A DNA stretch of 64,000 bases from the human T2T-CHM13v2.0 reference genome, Homo sapiens. Made by a program: the position numbers and the translations under genes. Below the pieces are notes generated by a model that saw only the letters and a program-made list of their open reading frames with translations, made no database searches and was not told the DNA's origin. Location: the NCBI RefSeq assembly GCF_009914755.1, contig NC_060934.1, one strand, 5' to 3'. Position 1 is the first letter of the stretch; each line of letters opens with the position of its first letter. Of the stretch, positions 1-12,331 are shown in pieces.

Positions 1-1402
1 ATACGGGTCCCCTGTATGAGAGTAGCATAGTTTATAGCATACTTTTAAAAATGGCATTCGGTAATTTTGCCTTCTGGACAGAAAGATATCTTCAAATTGC
101 AAACACATCTATTTCCACAAAACAATTTGGTCAGGAAATTTTATTTGAACATTCTAAAGCAATAATGCTTTAGATGTTACTTAAGTGTCCCAGACAGGAT
201 TAACAAAATTAAGTGTCTCTAAATTACAAATTTGGCTCCTGTAGGAGTCTCAGAAAATAAACAGAAGAAAACAACCCCCCTCCCAAAAGAAGTATGACAC
301 ACACATTTTGAAGAAACCCCAATGTTTCATGCAATGGTAGGCAAGATGTAAAAGCCCACCCAAATCACACATTTCTACACCAATCATCATAAGAAAAAAG
401 TACTCTGTAGTCGATCTGTACATCCAAATGCATTTGGGAATCTACACCTACGTTACATTATTTAATGTTATATACATTTATTACCCACCCCCCTTGTTTT
501 TAATAATTTCTTATGTAAAACCTTCATTCAAACCCAAAAGATTTAAGACTAACTTGGGGGGAAAAAAGATAATCACTTTAGACATTCAGTTAAAATGTAG
601 TTTATCTAAATCTCAAAATGTTTAATAAAAACAAGTATCTTCTCCATTTAACACTTTGCTTTCTAACTGTACAGTAAATTGCATTGTAGAGAGTACACTT
701 CTGTCTTCAAACTGTATCTTCTTTGGATGGAATTAAGATGTAACTGTATAGTTTTAAGATAAATAAATGGGAAGTTGGTCCAACTAAGATGACAGCAGAT
801 ATATTACATGCAGGATTTAATATTTTCTAATTCTCTCTTTTAAAAAAAAGGATGCTGTTGGATTGGGAAAAAAAAAAGTCAAAAAAGAACCCAGATTCAA
901 TATATAAAAATGTCCCACAATAGGTCGACAATGGCAGTAAAAATAAGAGGAAAAAAGTAATCTTTCTGGAACATCATTTTTCAATAACATAGAAACACTA
1001 AGTGCCAGGAAGATTCCTATTCATGTAATTTTAGCATCCAAGTTTCCCTCTATTTATTTTATTGGAACAAATGCTTTAAATAAACTATTTGTCCTCTTCA
1101 CTGAAGAGAGCTGGTCTATTTCATCTTTAATGAGCTAGTTTTTGGGAAGATTAGCCATGTACTGTAGTAATGCCTACTGCATAAAATCCAAGCATTTGCT
1201 GTGAACAGTTGGAGAAAGCAGTCAGGAAGAACCTAGGATCAATGGAAATAGATGTTACTTTAAGCCACCGACGAAAGAGAGACCCACAAAGTACCCAGTG
1301 TGTTAAAGCCCAAATCTCTTCTTGCGTTTGTTTGTTTTTGCTGTGCAAGTTCCACCCCTATGAAAAAGAAATTGATCCAAAGTTCCAGGTTTTCTTGGGT
1401 CT
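1..1402 (-). other. TM9SF3: TM9SF3 3' UTR (may extend beyond the window)
   Basis: Follows the stop codon, is U-rich on the minus strand, and has no recognisable interspersed repeats. Confidence 0.9.
100..145 (-). terminator. Candidate poly(A) site: AATAAA (145-140) plus GU-rich downstream element
   Basis: Minus strand reads AATAAAATTTCCTGACCAAATTGTTTTGTGGAAATAGATGTGTTT. Confidence 0.6.
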
Positions 1403-1470
1403 CTAGTCAATTTTCACATTAGTATAGATTTTTCGGACAAAGGCACTTGTTCCCATGTAACCAATCGCTC
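1403..1470 (-). CDS. TM9SF3: TM9SF3 exon 15 coding part (AIGYMGTSAFVRKIYTNVKID*)
   Basis: TTGCAG|GAG acceptor; TAG at 1405-1403. The C-terminal KID fits the KxD/E Golgi-retention motif of nonaspanins. Confidence 0.97.
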
Positions 1471-2251
1471 CTGCAAAGATAAAATAAGATGTTTTGAAAC
1501 AAATACATACAGAGCAGTATCCATCATTTAAAAACACTAAATACTCTATGCTCTGGAAAGTTATTCTTTTTTAAAGAAAATATCCTTATGTTAGTATTCT
1601 CTCTGAACTTACTAAAACTGTATCATTTGCTTTGCAAATCACCTGATACCATAATACACTGAGTCTGACCATCATACGCCAAGTCTAATCAAGTAGCAAT
1701 TATTTCTTGTATAATCAGTAACTACAGAATTAAAATACATCTCTTATAAAGCAAGAATAATTTGATAATGGCAAAAGGTTGTTAAATCAAAAAACATGCC
1801 TTCTTTGATTTGAAGATATACTATTCTAGGTCATTAAAGTAAAAATCAATATATCTTCCCAAAATCCAATAGATAAATAGTTAGAAGTGACTGAAAATTC
1901 TCTTAAGGAAGGACAGGGAACCATGTCCCAATAGCAGTTGAAGCTCTAGAGAAGAGGCATTTTCTGACAGCTTCTTTTTTATTTTTAAGTTGTAGAAGCT
2001 GTGTAGTTGGTAGTAGGGATGACATATTTGCGGGAATAGACAGGACAGAGAGGTAAGTGGGTCAGAAGTTTTGAAATGTTGTTTTTTAACAATTAGCCTC
2101 AACCAGAGCTTAAAACACCAGAAATCAGGGATGTTTGTTTTGTTAAGTAAAATATTTATCTCCTGTGTCTAAAAGAGTGCCTGGCATATAAGATACTTGG
2201 TAAATATTTGTTGAATGAATGAATGAACTAGATGGTTCTTTATTGCAAATA

Positions 2252-2303
2252 TAGGTTGGTGCAAAAGTATTTGCAGCTTTACAATTACTTTTGTACCAAC
2301 CTA
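2252..2303. mobile_element. MADE1 mariner MITE, internally deleted
   Basis: TIRs TAGGTTGGTGCAAAAGTA and TACTTTTGTACCAACCTA forming 24-bp arms around a 4-nt loop. Confidence 0.85.
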
Positions 2304-2339
2304 CTAAGGGCTCTTTAGGACAATGCAGTTGGTTATTGA

Positions 2340-3335
2340 ACTGTCAGAGAAGAAATCTCCATTGGCCTCAGGAATTTATGATGTAGCCCAATATTATTGA
2401 AAGCTTAAAAGAAAACCTTCCATTAATTAGTAATATTAAGTGCACACACAAATGCCTAGTCATCCTTGAACGAATCTTTTAGTGAATCTTTTATTCACTA
2501 AACTGGTGAATGAAAGGCAAGAATCAAGCATCTCTCCTGTTTCTCCTATGTATGAACTATACCCCAAGGCTACCAACTGGTTGATGAAAGGAAGGTTATC
2601 CTTATGGAAGTATTCCAGCTAACAAATATAAAAGGAACAATAGAATTAGAATATTATAACCACTAATGAATTATTTGAGCTAGGCAATAACTATCAATGG
2701 CTGCTAACTTCACAAAGAAATAGAACCAGAAATTATGTGCTTTCCTGATAAAAGCTTACAAACCACCTGTTAAACATTCTTGGACAAGTATTCTTGAGTA
2801 TGATCAAGCCTACAGATCTAACTACCACTTGAAGAAACTTTAAATGACACTTCAGCAATATAATCAGCAAAATCCAGAGTCTGGAAAATTCTACAGAAAT
2901 TGTTTAAGTTTTAAAAATAAACTGCAAGTGAGAGAGAGAATATCTATAGACTAAAAGAGCCTTAAGAGACATTTCAGCCAAGCAATTCATGAATCTTAAT
3001 TGATCTCAAAGCAAACAAACTATATTTAAAAAGAAGTCATTGCAAGTGTGGTAAATCTGAACATTAACTGAATTATTCCATCATATTAAGAAATTACATT
3101 TATCTTTCAGGGAGAGACATATACTGAAATATTTACACTTGAAATGACATAAGGTCTAAGATTCATGTCAGAATAAAAGGGGGGGATACAAAGTGAGAAT
3201 ATAAATAAAACAAGATAGGCCATGAGTTGATAATTACTGACACTGGGTGTTAGTACATGGGGACTCACTATATATAGTATTGTCCCTATTTTTGTATGTA
3301 TTTCAAAGTTTCCCTTTATTAAATATTAAAATACA
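2340..3335 (+). mobile_element. Old L1MC-type 3' end
   Basis: Degenerate L1M 3' UTR motifs ending in an A-rich tail; boundaries approximate. Confidence 0.6.
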
Positions 3336-4868
3336 AAAAACCAAAGTGACAAAGCAACACTATTTCCACTTATTTTTGCAATGACATTTCTTTTATAATA
3401 GGAAATAACAATATTACATTTTAAAATATTGATAATGCATTTTAGAATAGTTACAATACAATTCTTTACAGGATAAGAGAAAAATCATTCAATTTTGTGA
3501 AAATATACCTGAATCCTTACGACACGAAAAGATGTATAAAATTTTAATTAGCATCAAAAATTTTAATGGTATAATACTAGTCCAATAACCAAATCCAATT
3601 TTCCAGACGTACAAAACATTGTTCCCCTTTGAGCAGAAATATGCTTAAAATCAAAACAGTTTCAACCTAGAGAATCATTTTTCCTAATCTTATGAGTACC
3701 TCAAGAATAAACTTACAAGGGCATGACTTTATAAAAAGAGAATACTGAATATGCCCTCTAGAAAAGTAAATATCTTAGGAATAATAGAGGTGCACTTTTA
3801 AACTTAATTCCTCAAAACAAAAATGCTATGCTCATAATATCCCACCTTAATGTAGTCATTTTTTCCTACATTAAAAAAAATCAACAAATATTTTTGTTTT
3901 AATTACTGACAAGCATTTTAGCAACATAAATTGATGGATATATATAATTTTTGTATTATGATGACATTCTAATGACTTCCAGTCTAAACAGTTTCTCCCC
4001 ACCTGCCCCTGAAAAATGAAGTACTGAAGGCATATAAACCCATTAAAGAATAAATGCTGGGACATTGCCAGAACAGCAGGGAACTGTAAATGTGCCAAGG
4101 TTTTCAGGCAGCAAGATGAAATTTCAGCAGGAAAAGCACTCAAAAAATTTAGCTAGATTCATTCCATTTTCTTTGTAAATGTCAAGATGTTACCTCTCTG
4201 GGTCTTCCTAAGATCACATATAGAAAAAGTCAAGTCAAGAAAAATTTTTTTAACTCTCTGCATAATCGATTCTATAACTCACTGAATGCTGGTGATAATC
4301 AAGAAAAATCTCAGATAAAATAAAGAGGAGTCCAGTGAACAATACTCTGAAGAAAGGATGGCAAATAATAAGGAACCTTCTGACTGTCCAAGAATAGGGA
4401 TGTTTCCACCTGACACAATGTAGTTTTAACCTTCAGTCCCTCTCATCTTTCTCTCAAAGTTGGTTACTAATTATCACAGGGAATGGCTATCACAGCAGCT
4501 ATAAATAAAACATGTGACTATAACATAGAGAATGATCTTTCCTTGTGGAATGTTTCATTCACTACTTTACGGACAATCTCATTTGTGTGTGCGCACACAC
4601 ATGATCACATACATAGTGTATATGAACTGAACAGGCTCTTTTGATGGAGAAACAAAGCAATCTTGGTACCCCAAAGGTGTCCATAAATGTCATACCAAGA
4701 CTTAGCTTTTAATAAGATTACCATATCTTATATATATCTTATATAGCCAAAGGTGGAATTATCAAATACACACATACATACATAAATAGCCAATGGCAAG
4801 TAACAGAAAAAGGAGGAAAATTATCCACTCTCTGGAAATGTTTCCACCATGATTAGTCCCGCAGCCTT

Positions 4869-4972
4869 ACATCATTCCTACAAAGTAACCAAGGGATCAG
4901 TCTCATTTATCAAGTAAAACACATCATTCCTACAAAGTAATTAAGGGACCAGTCTCATTTATCAAGTAAAAC
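4869..4972. repeat. Tandem duplication, 2 x 52 bp
   Basis: 4869-4920 vs 4921-4972 differ at 3 positions. Confidence 0.92.
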
Positions 4973-5154
4973 ACTGAGCCCAAAAAAAAGTGAGTTACTT
5001 GTATGAGTTTCCCTTAAGTTACCTCTGCCAGAACTTAGAGTCATAAAGTTGTTCTGAGATGAAAACACAAGGTGTAGAATCCCACAGAGACTGTGCAGAA
5101 ACACAGACACAATTCCAGAGCAGAAGGAAGCCCAAGGACTTTCAGCCTTCATCA

Positions 5155-5880
5155 ATAGCAGCAGCAGCTACCCCTCACTGAGCATCTACCAGCCACGTGA
5201 TGTTTATCCACATTTAATCACTGAATCCTCTTTATAGCCCTATGAGGTAGGTATTATTTCTATTTTGCAAATGAGTAAAGTTGAGGAAGAAAGGTTAAAT
5301 AATTTGGCCAGAGTAACATGGCTATTAAGTGGGCAGTTCACACCCAGAACAGACTGACCCCAAAAGGCCAGCTCTTTCCATATCTCACCATGTAAATGGC
5401 TATCGTTACTACCTAATAACAGTCCCAACACTACACTTGGTGCTTTACACACATGACACTATTCCTCACAACCACTCTGAAAGATATGCCCATTTTACAG
5501 ATAAAAATGAGACTTAGAAAGGTTAATGTGACCTCCATGGCCATAAAAAAAGCTGAGCAACAGCATGGACATTTATTCCAGTGCTTTCAGGCTCTCATGC
5601 TTATGCCTTTCCCATTTATCATACTGTTTCCAAAAGTTCTTTATTTTCTAGCTATTTCACACATTCTAGAGATTCTATCACATGGTGAAAACTATTACCT
5701 CTTCCTTTTAATAGATGATTATGATAGATCCATAAATAGTGGTTTTATCCCCACTTTACAGAAGCTTAGAGAGCTTGGGGAACTAGATCAAGGTGGAAAG
5801 CATACATATGGTACAGCTAGAACTTAAGTCCAGTCTGTAGATACCCAAGTATGCAATCATAACAAGTAAACTGTGCTGTC
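5155..5880 (-). mobile_element. Cluster of about three MIR relics
   Basis: Repeated MIR cores (CCCATTTTACAGATAAAAATGAGACTTAGAAAGGTTAA and variants) near 5270, 5490 and 5750. Confidence 0.6.
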
Positions 5881-6012
5881 TCCTAGGTGTCTCCTGGTTT
5901 CTCCAAGAATACTCTGAGAAGTTTCCAAACAGGAATCATTCAGGCAACACCTTAACATGCCTACATCATGATCTTCCATTGAACCTAAGCTTTAAAAAAT
6001 GCCAATTCTCAA

Positions 6013-6086
6013 GCCAGGCACAGTGGCATGTGCCTGTAGTCCCAGCTAGTTAAGAAGCTGAGTCTCTAAAAACAATAAATAAAATG
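6013..6086 (+). mobile_element. Internally deleted Alu monomer
   Basis: GCCAGGCACAGTGGCATGTGCCTGTAGTCCCAGCTA joined to GTCTCT plus A-tail; TSD GCCAATTCTCAA. Confidence 0.75.
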
Positions 6087-6352
6087 AAAAAGCCAATTCT
6101 CAACATGAATGAAAAACTGTGATATGAAATTCTGTGCTATACAGAATTACTAGAATTTCTATAAAAATAGAAATTAATAAGGTAATAAATTATGTTGTGG
6201 GGAAGAGTCAAAAGGACTGAAATCAGACTCGGGTTTATTTTGGTGTTTCTGATCAAACAACAGATAAAATTTCTTAATTTCCAATTACTGTATTTTTCGG
6301 ATTTAGAGAAACTCAGATTTACTCATGATGTTCAAAGAATTTCAAAACTTAC

Positions 6353-6429
6353 CACACATTATCCCCAAGGCTGTGCTAAATACCGCCATATATCCAAAGT
6401 AAAATGATGTTTGAAATAAGCCATACATC
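6353..6429 (-). CDS. TM9SF3: TM9SF3 exon 14 (77 nt; [13 protein letters not shown]...LGIMC)
   Basis: TTTCAG|GAT acceptor, GTG|GTAAGT donor; in frame. Confidence 0.97.
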
Positions 6430-6552
6430 CTGAAATAAAACAAAATATATATAGGATATCCAGTTTTACTTTCAACATAAGGCCTTAAATATTAGTATTT
6501 AAAGGACAAATTTAGTTTCCTAAATAAAAGGTAAAAAAATGTCTCCACTTAC

Positions 6553-6636
6553 TTTGTTTTGAAAAAATAGTAGTAAAAGGAATACATGTAAACATAGATT
6601 GCAGTTGATGCAGCAGAGAGAAAACTTGTCCATTGC
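6553..6636 (-). CDS. TM9SF3: TM9SF3 exon 13 (84 nt; [11 protein letters not shown]...YFFKT)
   Basis: CACCAG|GCA acceptor, AAA|GTAAGT donor; followed by a short 123-nt intron. Confidence 0.97.
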
Positions 6637-7170
6637 CTGGTGGCGGGAGGGGGAAAGAAGATAAATCTCTTTTGAATGAATGGCACTAAAACAAAGATTT
6701 TAAAGCAAAGAATTTAATAAAACATCCTTTAAAGTCCTTTAAAACTTATTTAAAAAACAAATGCATAGACATGGTATTCAAATTTATCAACAAGGAAAAC
6801 ATCTAAGAATTAGAAAGCTCAATCTTGAATTTTGTCAGATTCCCTATTACCAGTGACCATAAATACACCATTTCCTTTTTCATATCTAAGTTTCCTTGTG
6901 TTTAGAATGGAGCAATGCTTCTCATAAAACTCTTTTCATATCAAGCACTTTGTAAAAAATATTTCTAACACAGTACTCCATTAATACATTAAAAATTTGA
7001 TATTTTTTCTCTAAAATATGTATCATTTTTATAACTGGAAAAAAATCCCTATGCTATTTTAAGTAACAACATTTCTATACAGCTCTTTACTCCACTTGAT
7101 AGATTTCAAAGGAAATCTTATTTTAAAATATTATGGTTCCCCAAATTTCTATCCACAAATAGGTACTTAC

Positions 7171-7317
7171 CACCGGTAATCTTCTGCATTTAGTAGAAAA
7201 TATGTGCACACAATAGTCACACAGACAGTCACAATGCACAGGATAACCAGCACCAGCATCATGAAGCCATAGACATAATAGATCTTATATGCCCAGAAAG
7301 ACGTGAAGATGAAATAC
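7171..7317 (-). CDS. TM9SF3: TM9SF3 exon 12 (147 nt; [11 protein letters not shown]...NAEDYR)
   Basis: ACTTAG|GTA acceptor, GTG|GTAAGT donor; lies within ORF 7167..7391. Confidence 0.97.
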
Positions 7318-8349
7318 CTAAGTAAATGCAATAAAGACACAGGTTTCCAGTCTTTATTCTTAAAGCTCACTCTGCTCTTCGTGAGTCTCACATTTTAGTT
7401 CTCATTTTTTTCTCACTTAATGACTTTCTTTCAAGTATCTTCCAACAGCTTCTCTTACCATGTCTTCATCAATTAAATCCACTAGAATTCTCTCAAAAAA
7501 TATTTTCTTGGATAATCTTTGAAAAACAGATTCTTCAGTAGGGCATTCACCTCTACACAAACTGAATAAAACAGAAGCTTCAAGAAGTATAATGTAGAAA
7601 AGAACAAATGAAAATAGCTAAAAAATCCGTATTTGTATCCATATTGTTTTGTAGATACAACACAATTCAAGCAATGTAGTTTGTATTTTATTAAATAGAA
7701 AATAAAATAATAAGTAGAAAAATAAGTTAGAGCAATAATGTATAAAATTAGGAAAAGCAGGCCTGAAGAAGATTCACACTGTCTTCAGAGGACAGCAAGG
7801 GAAAAGGCTTTAAGATTTTTAATTAAGAAAAAGATCTTTCACTCTAATCCATTATCAAGTCATCACTAAATTACAACAGAGCCTTTCACCCTCTTTTTCT
7901 TAGTCACTATGGCTAATACTTTAAATGAAGGGGAAAGAACTAAGAAATGAAGTTGGAGAAGTGAACAGGGCCAGTTCTTACGTTATAAAGACCCTTAATG
8001 GCCATGTTATGGTGTTGGGACCTCACCTCAATTAAAATAAGAAGTGTTAAGTAAAGAAATGACATGACACCTTAAAAAGACCACTTTGGCTACCAAATGG
8101 GTAGGAGAATGGGTTTGAAGGTGGACAAAACAGAAGATAAGTTGAAGAAACAGCAGAGAAGTTATCTAGTGGAACACAGTGCCTGGAGAAGCACAAAGAC
8201 ATGTGGTTCAGAAGTACTGGGGACAGGGGTAGAAGGGAAAAAGAAGTCACAGGTCAAGTCTGAATAAAGGCACAAAGCATTGTCAGACTGGAACTAAAGA
8301 AGTTCCTGAACTGACTTTAATAAACCACGAGTTACAGAGACACACACTC

Positions 8350-8930
8350 CAACTCCTAAGGTACTAATGCCCATAGCATATGCAGAGCTGGTAAGTGACA
8401 ACCAAGAGTTGGTCCATATCTATTTATGTCAGTTGTACCTGTTAGTACCATTAGACTAAACTGACTAAATTAAATGTTACATAAACCAATAAACATCAGA
8501 GTAAAAAGGATGTGTGGTTACTATAAAAATTATGTTGAATGCTTTGGAAAGATTCAATAAGGTGAGTCCCTTTTAAAAAGTTATAAAATTCGATGTGATT
8601 GAGACGGCTATAGACTGGGGGACAAATGTACACATCTAGAAGGATTCTGCACTTAGAATGCTTCAGATAGGACTTTATGTTCTTGCTTCACTTTAAAAAG
8701 GCTGGAAAACACAGGATCTGTATTACCAATGTCAAAGGAAAAAAATGAAAAAATTTCAATGAAAAAAAAGACCATGGCTCTATATTTAAAAAAAAAAAAA
8801 TCAGTGGACGTACATTTACTTGTCTTAAAATATTATGTATGTATCTTTTAAAATAATTATCTTACATGAGCCAACTTTTTCAATTAACCAACTACCAAAT
8901 CCAATTACGTCCGTTAAGGAGACTCCTACC
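8350..8930 (+). mobile_element. Ancient Tigger relic (Tigger13a-like)
   Basis: Decayed transposase N-terminus (GAATGCTTTGGAAAGA, CTAGAAGGATTCTGCACT); boundaries approximate. Confidence 0.6.
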
Positions 8931-9679
8931 ATACAGGAGACAATCAGCAGTGGGGCATCTGGAAACATGTAAGGCTATTTTAAGTTGTCACAATGACTGG
9001 TATTTAGTGGACAGGAGCCAAGGGTGTACAGCTGCAATACCTGAGAAAGTCCCATACGGTGAACTTTCTTGCCTAAAATAACCAGAGTATTCCCATCAGG
9101 GGGCACGGGGACATAGACTAAGAAAAGAAAGTCTTTTTTATTTTGCAATGGTGACAAAGGATGCAGATGTAAAGCACAGTAAGTGGCACAAGGTGGCATA
9201 CCTCTTATCTCTAAATACATACACACTTCCTAGCACTCCTGCAGGCCTCTATGGAAGGAACCTAGGAAATGACTATGCATCAAAAGATGTCAGGGCCTAG
9301 ACGGACTAGTAGGTATTGGTTTACCTAGTTCCCTAGATCCTCAGAAATATTTTTAAAATACAATAAAAACCAGGAATTCCTTAAATCATGCATATGATCA
9401 AAGGCTGGTCTACCATTCTTTAACACATAGTTTTGATTTCTAAGATTTCCTCTTAGGTGAGGGAGGTCTAGAATACAATACAAAAAGGTATAAACATCAC
9501 TTGAATATTTAAGAACACAGCCAACAGCTACCTTTATATAGCCTATTCCCTTTCTGGAATCATGGAATTAACAGATTATTAGATGTTCTCCCAACTGATA
9601 ACTTTACATGTTCCCTAACTCCTAAATTGTCTTACTATAATCAAATCCCTCAAAACATAAATACATTATCAAAACTTAC

Positions 9680-9748
9680 ATTTCAATAAAGATTGAACCA
9701 AAAGGTAAAATTCCACCCAGGCAAACAATAACCGCAGGCTCCATGAAC
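9680..9748 (-). CDS. TM9SF3: TM9SF3 exon 11 (69 nt; [22 protein letters not shown])
   Basis: TTCCAG|GTT acceptor, AAT|GTAAGT donor; contains the GGILPFG motif. Confidence 0.97.
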
Positions 9749-11069
9749 CTGGAAAATATTAAAATTAATAGTAAACTTCTAGTATGATTTCCATGTTATA
9801 TAAACACTGATAACAGAAAGCAGGTACTTGACACTTAAAAAATCATCTCTAAAGGATAGAAACAAACCAGTAAAATGAAAAGCCAAAACCCAAAGAGGCA
9901 CAATACATAGGTGGGACTTCAAATTAGCCATAGGTTACAATCAATATTCTTTCTGCATTAAAGACTGAGACAAGTATATGAAGAACACAAATTACTGACA
10001 CTGGCAGAACTTCAAAAAGTCTCTAAGTGTTCCCTCTGGTTCTACTAGACTCCCATAACTTCTTAGAACTCTACAGGCATTTATTCACAAAAAGCCAAAG
10101 GGAAAGAAACGAAGAGTCTAGAGACCTCCATTTGAAATAATGTTTCCCAAATTGTGGCCTTGCCATCTCTTTGCTCACTCTCTCCTTGGTTCTATAATTC
10201 CTTTTCCTACAAATTATACAATTAAGGTATTATGAGTTCTTATTTATAATGGCACCAAAGAAATAAAAAATAAAATTGAAACTTCATTCATTCATTCCAC
10301 AAACATTTACTGACTGTAATTGGTAATTCCCCACCTGGATGCCTTCTCTTGTCTCGTATTTCTCTCCTGAAAGCATTGGCTCAAATATTCTCCCTTTAAA
10401 ACCTTTGCTGAGTCTCCCAGGAAGAGGTGGGTCCTTCTCCCATTCTTCCACTGCCTCTTGAAAATACCTCCACCACAGTACTTACCACGCTATACTGTAA
10501 CTGTCCAATTCCAAATACATGTGTGTACATATATATAAAAAAACCTCACTAGATTATAAACCCTGGCAGGCAGAAGCTATTCATCTAGGTATTTCCAGTG
10601 CCTAGCACAATACCTGGCACAAAAAAGATCCTAAACTAATAACTATGAAATTAACAAACTAAAAAACTGAGAAGAAAATGGTAAAATTTGAGAGCTGAAA
10701 AAAAAACTTAAAAATCATTTAATGTAGTCTTCTTTCCTTACTTTACAGGAAGCCAAGACACAGAGGTTAAAAGTGATCTGCCCAAGGTGACACAGTCAAT
10801 GAGAGGCAGATCTAGTATTCAGATTTAGGTTCCCAGGATTATACTCCCCAAAACAGAGGCACACACAAGCCTTCCTATACCTAATTGCAATGCATCTCTG
10901 GTGAGGAAGCTCTCACCAGACCTCTCCTTCACTGGCCCTAGTGACTTAGAGGAACTTTTGTGACTTCTGACTATGCTTTTCCTTTAAACTTACCCTTCCC
11001 AGTAAGGATATTGATGGGTCCTAACATACTGATTTACAAAAAAAAAATTACTTTAAAAAATAAACTACA

Positions 11070-11407
<338 letters not shown>

Positions 11408-11729
11408 CTAACTAAAGTCTCTCATAAGCACCAATCTAAGGAAAGAAAAGAATATGGCCAATTCAAACTATAGGGGCTATTTTATTCATCCTCCATTTCT
11501 ATAAATGTCTACATGCCTCCATGTCTAGAAGGGACAGAGCAAAATTATCACCTATTTGTATAAGCACCTGAATATGCTGTATTTATAATCTGGTAAAATA
11601 TCTAGGGACAGAGACTTTATATATATATATCTCCGTTATCATAAAAATGCAGTCTACTTACTATACAACTATTCCTATAAATAGGGAATGTAATAAATGT
11701 ACACTAAATTGTACAGTACTAAAATATCT

Positions 11730-11915
11730 GGAAAGATAGTAAATATTTCAGGTTCTGCATGTGATAGTATCTCTGACATTACTGATCTGCCAGCTCTGAT
11801 GCTGTACTATAAAAGCAGCCACAGAGAATATGTAAACAAATGGGTATGGCTGAGTTCCAACAAAACTTTATAGATAAAAACAGGCAGCAGGCCAGATTTG
11901 GCCTGCAGATTAGTA
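11730..11915 (+). mobile_element. MER58A-like hAT element
   Basis: GTAAACAAATGGGTATGGCTGAGTTCCAACAAAACTT and CAGGCAGCAGGCCAGATTTGGCC. Confidence 0.72.
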
Positions 11916-12191
11916 AAACTGCAGCTTTAGTTCACACCCACTTCTACACCATAGAAAAGCATTTGACTTAACTCTAAATGGCACGATATTCAGAAAGTGG
12001 AATAAGGGTATAATTTATTATTACTCTTAACAATGTAGGTTAAAGGAAATAGTAAAATGAACTTCTTAGGCTCAAACTTAAGATTGTCATTATCATAAAT
12101 ACATACCAATTCTAAAGTTACATGTACACAACAGCCTTAAGAACTTATATATTGTGTGAAACAATCGCATAAGATTTAGCATTCTCTTTAC

Positions 12192-12331
12192 CATTTTTTC
12201 TCCGGTATAGGACGAGGCACAGCATTGACACGACAAGGAAAGTTGGGCTGACCTGACAGATTTCGGCCAAGTATTGTACCAACAAGATTTAGAGGAAGAA
12301 TAACAAAAAAACAGATGCAACAAACGGCCAC
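12192..12331 (-). CDS. TM9SF3: TM9SF3 exon 10 (140 nt; VAVCCICFF...PRPIPEKK)
   Basis: TTACAG|GTG acceptor, ATG|GTAAAG donor; in frame. Confidence 0.96.

Noticed and set aside
4869-4972. Direct repeats considered as a CRISPR-like array
   Set aside because: Only two abutting units with no spacers, in a mammalian intron.
5453-5827. 124-aa plus-strand ORF
   Set aside because: It overlaps MIR relics, has no recognisable domain, and is a chance ORF.
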